64,000 bases of DNA, taken from contig CAZBPC010000008.1 of NCBI GenBank assembly GCA_964493715.1, positions 9,714-73,713 on the forward strand, read 5' to 3'. The position numbers and the translations under genes are program-made. The notes under the pieces were generated by a model that did no database searches, was not told the DNA's origin, and saw only the letters and a program-made list of their open reading frames with translations. Of this stretch, positions 42,802 through 53,568 are shown piece by piece (positions within the stretch are counted from its first letter, which is position 1; every line of letters starts with the position of its first letter). Origin of the DNA: an uncultured archaeon. GTDB taxonomy: Archaea > Asgardarchaeota > Lokiarchaeia > Sigyniarchaeales > SOKP01.

Positions 42802-45129
42802 ATGATTGATTTCGAAGACTTTTTGAAATTTATCAAATCTCAAGATTACTATACTGGACAAATAGCACATATTGAAACTTTTCCTGAATTGAGAGCTCGA
42901 TATAATGATTTGGAAAAACCATTACGGAAGAGACTTCAAAGATGGTTAGACAACAATAACATCAAGCTATGGCGTCATCAAGCAGAGGCAATAAATAACA
43001 TTCGTAATGGTAAAAATACAGTAACAGTAACTTCTACATCTTCAGGAAAATCTCTCATTTATAATTTATCCGTTATCAATTCACTCTTTGAAGATCCCGA
43101 GGCGACAGCATTATATTTATTTCCCACAAAAGCATTAGCACGGGATCAATTTGCAATATTATCAAAATTGTTTGAAGAAACTAATATAAAACAAGATAGA
43201 ATTGGAGTGTATGATGGAGATGTTGAACCAAATGAAAAAAGATTGATCTTAGCAAATGCTAACATAATTCTCTCTAATCCATTTGGTTTACATTTTTACT
43301 TACCATGGTTCAAGCAAAAGTGGAGGAGATTTTGCTCTCATTTAAAATATATTGTAATAGATGAAATCCATATCTATCGAGGAATCTTTGGATCAAATTT
43401 TGCTCTTCTGTTGAGACGTCTAAAACGGATTCTTGAAACATTTGGAGTTAAACCAATTTGGATTTTATCTAGCGCTACAATACATAATCCGAAGATTTTT
43501 TGCGAGAAATTGGTTGGTGAAGAATTTGTAATTGTAGATAAAGATGATTCCCCTTCAGGAGCAAAAAAAGTAATTTTATGGGATTTACCTTATGATGATT
43601 CAAGTGGAAAATATCGATCTGCTCATCAAGAAACAAAAAACCTTTTTATCAGTCATTTAGTATATAAAAATGGAATACAAACTCTGGTATTTACACTCTC
43701 TCGCAAGATGGCTGAACTACAAGCAATTTGGACAAGAAAGGCATTACCTGTGATGAAAAGTAAGATACAGAGCTATCGAGCGGGGATCACGAAATCAAAA
43801 AGACGCGAAATTGAACAAAAGTTCAAAGAAAGAAAAATTCTTGGAATTTCTTCTACTAACGCCCTTGAATTAGGTATAGATATTGGTTCTCTGGATGCTA
43901 CAATTAGTTCGGGATTCCCAGGGACTATTGCTAGCTTTAAACAACAAATTGGCAGGTCTGGAAGAGGGACTGACCTCTCAATATCAACTTTTATTCCAAT
44001 GCAAAATCCTCTTGATTTGTTTTATATTCATAATCCAGAAAAATTATTTGGCCCAATAAAAGAAGAAGTTTTAATCACCTTGAAAAATAAATATATCCTC
44101 AAAAATCACCTTTGTTGCGCTTCTAAAGAATTACCCCTTAAAATTGATGAATATCTTAAATTTGGAATCGAGGATCAGAAGTTATATGAAGAAAGTATTA
44201 ATGAATTAGTCGATGAATCGCTTCTCATGAAGAGAGGCTCTCAATTTTATTGGAAAGGAGTTTTCTTCCCTAATGAGCATTATAGTTTGAATGATTTATC
44301 GAATAATAGCTATAAAGTAATTCTTAGAAACAAATCTAGCAATGAAATTCTCACTATTGAGGATGAGAGTTTTGTATTTCGAGACTTACATCCTGGAGCA
44401 GTATATCTCTTTGAAGCCGAGATTTATACGGTTCAAGAGCTTGATATTCAAGAAAAACTCGTTTATATAAAAAAATCTGACGTAGATTATTATACGCAAT
44501 CTTTAAAACATACAGAAATTACTCCTTTAGAAGTTGTATATAATAAAAATATTGGCCCAATGAATAATATAGAAACTTCATATGGAAAAGTTAGAGTTGA
44601 ACATAATTATTATGGTTATAAAGTCTTAGATACATATACTCAAGAAATTCGCTCACGACACCCTCTTGAAGATATTCCTATTGTCAATTTTGAATCATAT
44701 GCATTATGGTTCAATATTCCCTTTGAATATCAAAAAGAATTAGAACTCAAAGGTTTTGATTTAGGAGGAACAATTCATGCTATCGAACATGCATTAATCG
44801 CAATTGCTCCAACTTTAGCTCAAATATCAAGATGGGATCTGGGCGGAGTATCCATTGATTTTGATCCGATTAAACAACAACCCGTGATCTATATTTATGA
44901 TGCTTTTAGGGGTGGTATTGGAATTTCTGAGCAACTATATATGGAACTAATAAATTTAATGAAATTAGCCCTTGATTTAATAACATCTTGTAGTTGTAAA
45001 ACAGATAATGGTTGTCCAGGATGTATTATGTCGAGTCGTTGCGGAAATCTAAATGATCCCCTAGACAAAGAAGGGGCACTTTTTCTTCTAAGGAAGTTAC
45101 TTTCCTTAGATCCAAATAATAAAAACTAG
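42802..45129 (+). CDS. DEAD/DEAH helicase with DUF1998 Zn domain (Hrq1/SftH/MrfA-like)
   Basis: TSSGKS, PTKALA.DQ, DEIH.YRG.FGS, SAT, ALELGIDIG, Q.GRSGR, HAIEH, C.C...GCP.C....C. Confidence 0.93.
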   Translation: MIDFEDFLKFIKSQDYYTGQIAHIETFPELRARYNDLEKPLRKRLQRWLDNNNIKLWRHQAEAINNIRNGKNTVTVTSTSSGKSLIYNLSVINSLFEDPEATALYLFPTKALARDQFAILSKLFEETNIKQDRIGVYDGDVEPNEKRLILANANIILSNPFGLHFYLPWFKQKWRRFCSHLKYIVIDEIHIYRGIFGSNFALLLRRLKRILETFGVKPIWILSSATIHNPKIFCEKLVGEEFVIVDKDDSPSGAKKVILWDLPYDDSSGKYRSAHQETKNLFISHLVYKNGIQTLVFTLSRKMAELQAIWTRKALPVMKSKIQSYRAGITKSKRREIEQKFKERKILGISSTNALELGIDIGSLDATISSGFPGTIASFKQQIGRSGRGTDLSISTFIPMQNPLDLFYIHNPEKLFGPIKEEVLITLKNKYILKNHLCCASKELPLKIDEYLKFGIEDQKLYEESINELVDESLLMKRGSQFYWKGVFFPNEHYSLNDLSNNSYKVILRNKSSNEILTIEDESFVFRDLHPGAVYLFEAEIYTVQELDIQEKLVYIKKSDVDYYTQSLKHTEITPLEVVYNKNIGPMNNIETSYGKVRVEHNYYGYKVLDTYTQEIRSRHPLEDIPIVNFESYALWFNIPFEYQKELELKGFDLGGTIHAIEHALIAIAPTLAQISRWDLGGVSIDFDPIKQQPVIYIYDAFRGGIGISEQLYMELINLMKLALDLITSCSCKTDNGCPGCIMSSRCGNLNDPLDKEGALFLLRKLLSLDPNNKN

Positions 45130-45140
45130 TTAAATCGTCG

Positions 45141-46979
45141 TTATAATTTATCTAAACCTAAGAACTTTAACTTAGCTTCACTTGGTCTTCCCGTATTTTT
45201 ATCCCAATCCCGATATTTATAAAAATATTCTTTCATTTTAACGAAATCGGGAGTTTTTCCCGCAGAACCACCAGTACTAAAAGGTCTAGTTAAAATTCGA
45301 GGTAATCGATCATCCATTGATGTTAAACCCATTTTAATATTGAAAAGACGTTTTAAATTTAGAATTCTTTCTCCGAATAATTTGATTTCCTCAAGACCAA
45401 AATTGATTCCTACAGCATGTTTTATTAGTTCGGCATTTTGAGATGGTAAAGGATTACAAAAGGAGCACATTATCATTGAACTATATAACGCTCGATAATC
45501 CATATCAAGACTGCAATATTTAGCCATATCCTCTCCATCACTATATTTATCAACGAGCTCCATACCTATTTCTTCTAAAGCAACACCTAATAAGCTATAA
45601 TAAGGATCACAAGCATTATGAGAAGGTCCTCTATAGGCTCCACCCATTCCGTAGGCTATTGACATGCCATAATTCGAGCGAAGATCATGGTAAGTAACCT
45701 CTAAACCTACTACCGTAGCTATTTCTTCTCTTGATATCTTAAACTTATCGGCGAATGTATTAGACCCTTCAGCAAGGATATTCCCGATACCTTTCCTATG
45801 TACAATATTTTCTAAAATCTTTTCTACAAAAGCGATATCTCCCCATTTTGGGGTCATCCCATCAATATCATCAGCAGTTATAGCCCCTTTCTCGTAATGA
45901 TGAATTAAACAAGCAATTACTCCTCCAGAACTTATAGTATCTATTCCATAATCAAAACATTTACTGTTCAAATGAGTAATTGCTTCAAGATTATCATTTA
46001 GAATTAAACTACCAAAACTCACGATCGTTTCATACTCAGGACCTTCGACTTCTTCTGTTTGGTATTTCCCCTTCTTTATTTTAACCCTTCGACCACATCC
46101 AATAACACATGAATGGCAGAATCTTCTATTAACTAAGATGGTTTCTGCCATAGTTGCACCCGATATTTTATAAGCTCTCTCCCATTGTGGTTTAGAAAAA
46201 TACTTAATGCATAATTCTCCAGTCGCGTTATACATGTCTAATGCTCCGGAAGTTCCTAACTCGCCTAGAACTTGAGTTCCAAAAGAGGCTTTGACGTAAT
46301 TTCTCGCATTATCTATTGCCTCTCTTAATTTATCTTGATCATGGACTTCGAGATTGATATTACTACCTTTAATGATGATAGCTTTTAACTTTTTTGAACC
46401 TAAAATTGCACCCATCCCCGTCCTACCTGCCGCCCTCTCTTCTGACACAATATTGGCATACTTTACTAAATTTTCACCAGCTGGTCCTATACAAGCAACC
46501 ATTGATTTTTGCTCACCAAATACTTCTTTTAGCTTTTTAGTAACATATATAGTCCCCTTTCCCCATAAAAATGTTGCATCTTTTAATTCAACCCGTTCAT
46601 CTTTTATTTCTAGATATACAGGAGTTTTCGAAGCTCCCTTAATTATAATGCCATCATATCCTGCCTTCTTCACTTCTGCTCCAAACCAACTTCCACAATT
46701 TGATTCCCCCCAGATACCTGTATAAGGAGACTTCGAACATACGACCCATCTTCCTGTATTAGGTGCAAATGTTCCGTTCAAGGGTCCCGTCATTATCATT
46801 AAAATGTTATCTGGGGAAAGAGGATCAGTCTCTTTACTTAAACGTTGATATAAATAACGACACGCGTACCCAGCACCTCCCAAAAAATCTTTAGCAATTG
46901 TTTCATCCAATTTTTCTGTAGAAATTTCACGATTTGATAAGTCTACATGAAGCAATTTACCTCGAAATGCTTTTAACAT
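45141..46979 (-). CDS. aor: Aldehyde:ferredoxin oxidoreductase (tungsten AOR family)
   Basis: KSP.TG..GESN.G, IGPAGEN, AAGR.GMGA..GSK.LKA, CxxCxxxC, EGPEYET, D.LP. Confidence 0.92.
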   Translation of the reverse strand: MLKAFRGKLLHVDLSNREISTEKLDETIAKDFLGGAGYACRYLYQRLSKETDPLSPDNILMIMTGPLNGTFAPNTGRWVVCSKSPYTGIWGESNCGSWFGAEVKKAGYDGIIIKGASKTPVYLEIKDERVELKDATFLWGKGTIYVTKKLKEVFGEQKSMVACIGPAGENLVKYANIVSEERAAGRTGMGAILGSKKLKAIIIKGSNINLEVHDQDKLREAIDNARNYVKASFGTQVLGELGTSGALDMYNATGELCIKYFSKPQWERAYKISGATMAETILVNRRFCHSCVIGCGRRVKIKKGKYQTEEVEGPEYETIVSFGSLILNDNLEAITHLNSKCFDYGIDTISSGGVIACLIHHYEKGAITADDIDGMTPKWGDIAFVEKILENIVHRKGIGNILAEGSNTFADKFKISREEIATVVGLEVTYHDLRSNYGMSIAYGMGGAYRGPSHNACDPYYSLLGVALEEIGMELVDKYSDGEDMAKYCSLDMDYRALYSSMIMCSFCNPLPSQNAELIKHAVGINFGLEEIKLFGERILNLKRLFNIKMGLTSMDDRLPRILTRPFSTGGSAGKTPDFVKMKEYFYKYRDWDKNTGRPSEAKLKFLGLDKL

Positions 46980-47134
46980 GTTTCCATCAATTATTCATAA
47001 TTCTTTTTAATTGGAAGTAAAAAATCATTTTTTCTATAATATTCTTACCCTTTGAATATATTAGTGAAATTTTTTTTCAAATTTTATGATTCATTAAAAC
47101 AATTTTTATAACCAGTTCGTCTCTTTTTATTATT

Positions 47135-47635
47135 ATGACTGCAAAATTCGATTTAAAATGGGATGATCTTGTGTCACCTACCATGAATCCAGATGACTAT
47201 TTAGAGCAATTTAAAGATACAATTGAATCAAATTATAACACTTATGAACCAAAATCCGAAGTGTTAGAAAAAATCAAGAACTTGCTTTCCAAAAATAAAG
47301 CGAAGTTAAAAATTGTTGCTTTGGGCGCCGATTGGTGTCCAGATTGCAACAGGAACGTACCAAGGATGATTAAAATTGTTAAAATAATCAATAGTAAGGA
47401 TATTGAATTTCGGATTTTATATGGAATTATGGTTAATGCCCTCCATAAACCAGGAGAAACCATTTGGCATGAAAAACGTTCACCTCCCGAAGCTGTTGAT
47501 CCGAGATTTGAGTTAAAAAAAATTCCAACCTTCTATTTTTTCAATAAACATAAAGAATTTATTGGTCTTATCAAAGAAAATCCAATAGACACTATTGAAG
47601 AGGATATGCTCGAAATTTTAGAAACTAGTCAATAA
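47135..47635 (+). CDS. Thioredoxin-family protein
   Basis: WCPDC active site, cis-Pro IPTF. Confidence 0.85.
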   Translation: MTAKFDLKWDDLVSPTMNPDDYLEQFKDTIESNYNTYEPKSEVLEKIKNLLSKNKAKLKIVALGADWCPDCNRNVPRMIKIVKIINSKDIEFRILYGIMVNALHKPGETIWHEKRSPPEAVDPRFELKKIPTFYFFNKHKEFIGLIKENPIDTIEEDMLEILETSQ

Positions 47636-47718
47636 TTTGTGTGATTTTTATCCTTTTCTTATTTCTCTCCTAAATCAAAGCATCAAAATTTATATTAGTA
47701 AATCTCCATAATAATTCT

Positions 47719-49764
47719 ATGTCTAAATTAAAAGTAAAAAAAGTCATAATTTTCAAGCATGGTGTTTCATATTATATTCTACAAGCCCCAATTAAAGGGT
47801 CTGGAAAATATGAATTAGAATTTAAAATTAGTGAGATGGACGATGTTCTAAAATCTCTATTTGTAATAGATACCAGTGAGAAAGGCTACATAAGTTCAAT
47901 TTCATATGATACGGCTCTAGAGACAAGTGAATTATTAAAATCGATCATGCTAAATATTCCTGATATGGACTCTTTTTCTTCATTGATAACTCAAATTAAA
48001 GGTGCACCGGTTAGTCTGTTGATTGCGGGAGGAAAAAGCCTTAAAGGCATTATTATGGGAATAGAATTAAACGAAAGATTTATTAAAGACCAAAAATCTA
48101 CTGAGAAAATATTAATCTTACTGCAAGATGATGATACGATATCTAAAATTCCCTTTTCTGATATAAAATCACTTGAAATTCTGAATGATGATATTAAAAA
48201 AGATCTGAAATTCTTCTTAGATACGGTCATCGCAGGCAAAAAAAAGGATTCAAAAAATATTCTGATCCATTGTGAATCAGGAGGGGATGATGAGATTGAA
48301 CGTGAAATTTTCGTTTCATATATCTTAGAAAGTCCTATATGGAAGACCTCTTATAGATTAATAATAAGCAAGGAGTTAGAACAAAAACAACAGTGTTTAC
48401 TTTCTGGATGGTGCATGGTAGAAAATACTACCAATCAAGACTGGGAGAATATTGAATTATCACTAGTGGCTGGAATGCCTGTTTCGTTCCGTTATGATTT
48501 TTATAAACCCATCTTTATTCAACGCCCTATAGTTAAACCTCCAACAACTTTAAGTGCTAAACCAACTGATATTGAGGAAGGATTAGAATTAGAGACATTC
48601 AAAGATTATGCCATGGCAGAAGAGGCAAGACCAGCAATGAAGATGAGTAAAAAATTGAGAGGAGCATTACCACCAGCACCTGCAGGAGCAGCTTCAGGAA
48701 GGAGATATTTGGGTGTTATGGGAGCCTCTTTAGATGATGAAACTTTAATGGAAAAGGTCAAATCTCAAACCAAGACGCAAACAAAAGATTTAGGAGAGCT
48801 ATTTGAGTATAATATCTCAAATCCCGTAACAATTAAAAGAAAACATTCAGCTTTAGTACCTATCTTAACTGAAGCCATAAAAGCAAGGCGTATATTGCTA
48901 TTTAACATAAATGAACATGATAAAAACCCGAACGCCTGTCTAGAAATAACGAATAATACAACTTTAACACTTGAAAGAGGTCCAGCAACCATTATCTATG
49001 ATGATAATTTGGCGGGTGAGGCAATCGTTCCTTTTTTAAATAAAGATGATACGAGACTATTGAATTATGCAATCGAACAAGCTGTTATCATAATCCACGA
49101 GCAAAAGAGTGAGAATTTAAGTGTACATAAAGTAAATTTTGGAAGTGGATATTCATATGAATATTACTTCACTGATTCAATGACAACTTATAAAATTAAG
49201 AACAAAACCAGTGAAGAGAAGGAATTATATCTCGATCATCCAAAATCACCCGGATTTAAATTTATTGAACCACCGATCCAACCTGAAGAAACACCGAATT
49301 ATTGGCGTTTTAAAATTACACTAAAACCGAATGATGCAATAAATTTCTCGCTTAAGGAACGTAAAGAAAATTATACATCTAACTATTTATGGAACTGGTC
49401 GAAAGATAAAATTTTAGAACGTGTTGGATTCTATATTAAACATAAGTTTATCGATGACAAAATTGAAAATCAACTGAAAGAAATCGCGGAACTAATCCAA
49501 AAATCAAATGAACTAAAAACAAAAAGAGATAAGTTAGTAAATGAACGAGACATTATGAATGACGAGCAAGCTAGATTACGTGAAAATATAACGGTTTTAG
49601 GTAATGATACCCAATCAGTCTCCTTAAAAGAACGATATGTTAAAAAACTCAATGATCAAGAAAATAGATTTGAATCAATATCTGGTGATCTAAATAGACT
49701 TGATAAGGAAATAACTGAATTGAATAAAGATATTGATGGGAGAATAAACGGTCTAAAAGTTTAA
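47719..49764 (+). CDS. DUF4139-like domain protein with C-terminal coiled coil
   Basis: FK.GV.Y, DD.LKSL, P.WK.SYR, GW..V.N...DW....L.LV.G.P.SF, ELFEY, Q.R.R.N. Confidence 0.75.
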   Translation: MSKLKVKKVIIFKHGVSYYILQAPIKGSGKYELEFKISEMDDVLKSLFVIDTSEKGYISSISYDTALETSELLKSIMLNIPDMDSFSSLITQIKGAPVSLLIAGGKSLKGIIMGIELNERFIKDQKSTEKILILLQDDDTISKIPFSDIKSLEILNDDIKKDLKFFLDTVIAGKKKDSKNILIHCESGGDDEIEREIFVSYILESPIWKTSYRLIISKELEQKQQCLLSGWCMVENTTNQDWENIELSLVAGMPVSFRYDFYKPIFIQRPIVKPPTTLSAKPTDIEEGLELETFKDYAMAEEARPAMKMSKKLRGALPPAPAGAASGRRYLGVMGASLDDETLMEKVKSQTKTQTKDLGELFEYNISNPVTIKRKHSALVPILTEAIKARRILLFNINEHDKNPNACLEITNNTTLTLERGPATIIYDDNLAGEAIVPFLNKDDTRLLNYAIEQAVIIIHEQKSENLSVHKVNFGSGYSYEYYFTDSMTTYKIKNKTSEEKELYLDHPKSPGFKFIEPPIQPEETPNYWRFKITLKPNDAINFSLKERKENYTSNYLWNWSKDKILERVGFYIKHKFIDDKIENQLKEIAELIQKSNELKTKRDKLVNERDIMNDEQARLRENITVLGNDTQSVSLKERYVKKLNDQENRFESISGDLNRLDKEITELNKDIDGRINGLKV

Positions 49765-49907
49765 ATTTTTTATTTTTTTTATTAAATATATTTATTAATC
49801 TTGCGAAGTAAAATTCTTAAAGCTCAATATTATGTAATATATAGACCCAATAATTATTAAAAATAAATCATAAATAATGAATTAACCTATCCTAAAAGGT
49901 GAAAATT

Positions 49908-50120
49908 ATGAGTATTGAAGAATTAGAAGAGCAAGTCGAAAAACTATTAGATGAAAGAGACAAGTTAGAGGAAATTTGCGACACTTTGCCACAATGTGCA
50001 GAAGACGATGGTTGTGATACTTGCAAGACTTATAATAAAATTGCTGCAATTGATGATAAAATAGAAGCCTTGGAAGATAAAATCGAGAGTTTAATGGGAG
50101 ACGACGAGGACGACGAATAA
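49908..50120 (+). CDS. Small acidic coiled-coil protein with central four-Cys motif
   Basis: GGTGA + 5 nt + ATG; CDTLPQCAEDDGCDTC between two heptad helices. Confidence 0.7.
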   Translation: MSIEELEEQVEKLLDERDKLEEICDTLPQCAEDDGCDTCKTYNKIAAIDDKIEALEDKIESLMGDDEDDE

Positions 50121-50402
50121 ACTAATAGAATTATGTATTTTTTTTATATCTCTTTTTTTTGTATATTTTTTGAAATTTTAAGTGAATTTAATAGCTGATT
50201 CTCGGATATAAAAAAGTCTAAATAATTATTTCTATATTCAATGAATAAAACCGTTTTTCTTAATTTATCCATTGCTCGAAATCTCTAAATTGATACCATT
50301 GAAATTAATTCTGCAAAAAAAATTAAAATATTACTTCACATTTTCCAATTTATATTATATTCAACTTTTTATAATAACATTAAAAGGAAGTGCGAAAAAA
50401 GA

Positions 50403-51698
50403 ATGCCTGGTAAAAAATTTGAAGTACAAGCAATAAATGATGATATTCTTGAAAAATTTAGCCTTAAGAATCGATATGCCTTCTTGAATAATAATCTAAC
50501 AGCAGTTTTATCTCAGAAAGAATTTAATTTCTTGAGAGAAGTTCAAAGATTTTGTTTACGCTTTGAAAAGAAAAACGAAATCACTCATGGACCCAATGAA
50601 GATATCTATGATTGGGTTCCTGAATTTGGAGAGAAGGGATATATTACCCGTCAACATTCATTTGATGTATGTGATGTGCACTATGATGAATGGGGTCTAG
50701 CCGCTGATTTTATGAGAAATATTGCCCTTGACTTATTTGATCCACAATTTGCAATGGGAGGTGGAGCAACGGTATTAGCTATTAATCCCATTTATGAGCA
50801 CCATGAAAACGTTCCAGTCAGGTTGGACGCTTTAAATGACTTAGTTACTGGTAAAAGTCCCGGTGCTATCCTCATCACGGAGCCAGAACGTGGGTCTGAT
50901 GCCGTGCACCAACTAACAACTTGCAACGAGCAATCGGATGGAAGTTTCCTCTTAAACGGCCAAAAGATATATAATACTAACGCGCCAAGAGCCAAGTGGT
51001 TAGTGACTTATGCAACTGCGGAACAAAACAACGGTAACACGATGGCACAGTTTCTCGTTAATTCCAATTGGGAAGGTCTTAAGGTGGAACGTGTAAATAT
51101 ACCATGGGTACCGAAATTATATTTAGGAAAAGAGACATTTACTGATGTTAGTGTACCTAAGGATTATATTCTTGGACCTGTAGGCAAGGGTCGCGAGCAC
51201 TTGTTTGAGGGATTGGTACCGGAACGAATATCAATTGCCATAATGGGCGTAAGCCAATGTTGGGGGGCCCTTGCACATACTGTTATATATTCTAACCTGA
51301 GAAAGCAGTTTGACCAAGAAATTCTCAAGTTCCAAGGGGTTGGATTCTTGCTATCTGATCTCTGGGCAAGAACCACAAATCTCACGCTGGGATTGCTCAA
51401 ATTCTGCGAATCTTATGATGAGAAATTCGAAAAGTTCGGTGGAGAGATTCCGAATAACATATCTCAAGCAATGGTGGCTTCCGCAAGCCAACTAAAATAT
51501 CATGCCGCAAAAATGTCAAGGAAGGTATGTTATGAATGTGCGAATCTCATGGGAGGTGCTGGCTTGTGTGATAATACCTTAATGCACGATTATTTGAATA
51601 TTTCTCGGATTCAAGAAATTGTAGGTGGAAGTCGCCAGATCCAACAATATATTATGTCACTTTCGCTCAGAACGCTTTTTAAAATGTCTGTAAACTAA
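50403..51698 (+). CDS. Acyl-CoA dehydrogenase family protein (copy 1)
   Basis: ITEPERGSD, LNG.K...TN, R.QF, MGGAG, EIVGGS. Confidence 0.92.
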   Translation: MPGKKFEVQAINDDILEKFSLKNRYAFLNNNLTAVLSQKEFNFLREVQRFCLRFEKKNEITHGPNEDIYDWVPEFGEKGYITRQHSFDVCDVHYDEWGLAADFMRNIALDLFDPQFAMGGGATVLAINPIYEHHENVPVRLDALNDLVTGKSPGAILITEPERGSDAVHQLTTCNEQSDGSFLLNGQKIYNTNAPRAKWLVTYATAEQNNGNTMAQFLVNSNWEGLKVERVNIPWVPKLYLGKETFTDVSVPKDYILGPVGKGREHLFEGLVPERISIAIMGVSQCWGALAHTVIYSNLRKQFDQEILKFQGVGFLLSDLWARTTNLTLGLLKFCESYDEKFEKFGGEIPNNISQAMVASASQLKYHAAKMSRKVCYECANLMGGAGLCDNTLMHDYLNISRIQEIVGGSRQIQQYIMSLSLRTLFKMSVN

Positions 51699-51925
51699 TT
51701 CTTGTTAATCTAAATCAAATTTTTTTTTCTTTTTTTAAAAAAACCTTCCTATTTTTTAAAAATTCATAAATCAAGTGATTAAAAGAATTATATAAAATTT
51801 CATATTTCTTGCATGCAATTGATCCAAATTCATTAATATACTAACAAAATTAAAAAGTAAATGTACCTTTTTCCAAGTATACCAATTAGTATAAAAACAC
51901 ACTAAATTAATTTAGGAATAAGAAA

Positions 51926-53227
51926 ATGGAAGATAAAAAGACTAAATTTATGGACCAAGCCATTAATGATGAAATTCTCGAGAAATTAAGCTTGAAGAAT
52001 CGCTATGCATTCCTAAACACGAACTTGATGACGGTGCTTGAACCTAAACACTTCAATTTCTTAAAAAGTGCTGAGAAATTTTGCATGAGGTTTGAAAAGA
52101 AAAATAACATAACTCACGCTTCAGATGAGGAATTTTATCACTGGATACCAGATTTTGGCAAAGAAGGTTTAATCTCAAGAGCGCATGCTTATGAAGAAAT
52201 AGATTTGAACTTCGAGGATCACGGACTCGCTATAGAATTGATGAGATGTTTAGCTCTAAGCTTTTTTGATCCCCAATTTGGAATGGCTGGAGGTGCTACG
52301 ATCCTTGCAATCAATCCTGTCTTCTATCATCACGAAAATGTTCCAATACGATTGGAAATCTTGAAGAAATTTGTCACGGGCGTGACGCCCGGAGCAATCC
52401 TCATCACCGAACCGGAGCGAGGTTCAGATGCAGTCCATCAACTAACCACCTTAACAGAAGAATCGGATGGAAGCTATGTTTTACAAGGTGAAAAAATTTA
52501 CAATACTAACGCCCCTAAAGCAGGTTACGTGGTTGCATATGCAACAGCAGAAAAAAACAACGGAAACATGATGGCACAAGTTTTAATCGACACCACATGG
52601 GAGGGATGGAATTGCAATAGAGTCTTCATACCTTGGGTACCAAAAGTACACATAGGTCACGAACACTTGACAAATCTTAGGGTTCCTAAAGAATACATTT
52701 TAGGACCAATAGGTAAAGGTAGAGAACACATGTTTGAAGGATTGGTACCGGAACGAATAGGAATAGCTCTTGATGCTCTTTCTCAATCATGGAATGCACT
52801 TGCTCATTGTTCGATTTACGTGAATAACAGGAAACAATTCGATCAGGAGATTCTCAAGTTCCAGGGTGTTGGATTTACTTTAACCGATATGTGGGCCAGA
52901 GTGATGAACGTAACCCAAGGACTTTTAAGATTCTGTGAAAAATATGATGAAACGGAAGAGAAATTCGGGGGAGAAATACCGAAAAACATTTCTCAAGCCA
53001 TGGTTGCTGCGGCATCCCAATTCAAGTATCATACGACTTCACTTTCAAAAGAAGTGTGTTACGAGTGCGCGAACTTGATGGGTGGAGCTGGATTGTCTGA
53101 CAACACTTTAATGCATGATCTATTGAATATTTCTCGTATTCAAGAAATCGTGGGTGGTTCAAGACAAATCCAACTTTATATCCTGAGTATGGCAATGCGT
53201 AGTTTATACAAAATCGCTGGAATCTAA
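51926..53227 (+). CDS. Acyl-CoA dehydrogenase family protein (copy 2)
   Basis: Same motifs; close paralog. Confidence 0.92.
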   Translation: MEDKKTKFMDQAINDEILEKLSLKNRYAFLNTNLMTVLEPKHFNFLKSAEKFCMRFEKKNNITHASDEEFYHWIPDFGKEGLISRAHAYEEIDLNFEDHGLAIELMRCLALSFFDPQFGMAGGATILAINPVFYHHENVPIRLEILKKFVTGVTPGAILITEPERGSDAVHQLTTLTEESDGSYVLQGEKIYNTNAPKAGYVVAYATAEKNNGNMMAQVLIDTTWEGWNCNRVFIPWVPKVHIGHEHLTNLRVPKEYILGPIGKGREHMFEGLVPERIGIALDALSQSWNALAHCSIYVNNRKQFDQEILKFQGVGFTLTDMWARVMNVTQGLLRFCEKYDETEEKFGGEIPKNISQAMVAAASQFKYHTTSLSKEVCYECANLMGGAGLSDNTLMHDLLNISRIQEIVGGSRQIQLYILSMAMRSLYKIAGI

Positions 53228-53568
53228 GGTTAATTCAATATCCTTTATTTTTTTATTTTTTTTTAAATTTCGGTCTAAATCTTGATTAATTTTCAAAAAG
53301 AGGATGAACAAATCAAATGGTTCTAATAAAGAACACTATGACCCTAAATGGTTGAAATCCCACATCTTAAAATTCTATTTCATAATATTACTTAAAATTG
53401 TATCCTTTGTCATATTTTTTATTACTTAATCCTTTTCTCAGTTTAGGAGAATTAGATTATTAATATTAAGGAACAATAAAATTTGAGTAAATTATATGAT
53501 ATACTCAATATTATAATCAGAACATATGAATTTAAAATAAAAAAAAGAAAGGGTTAAGTGCATTGAGC

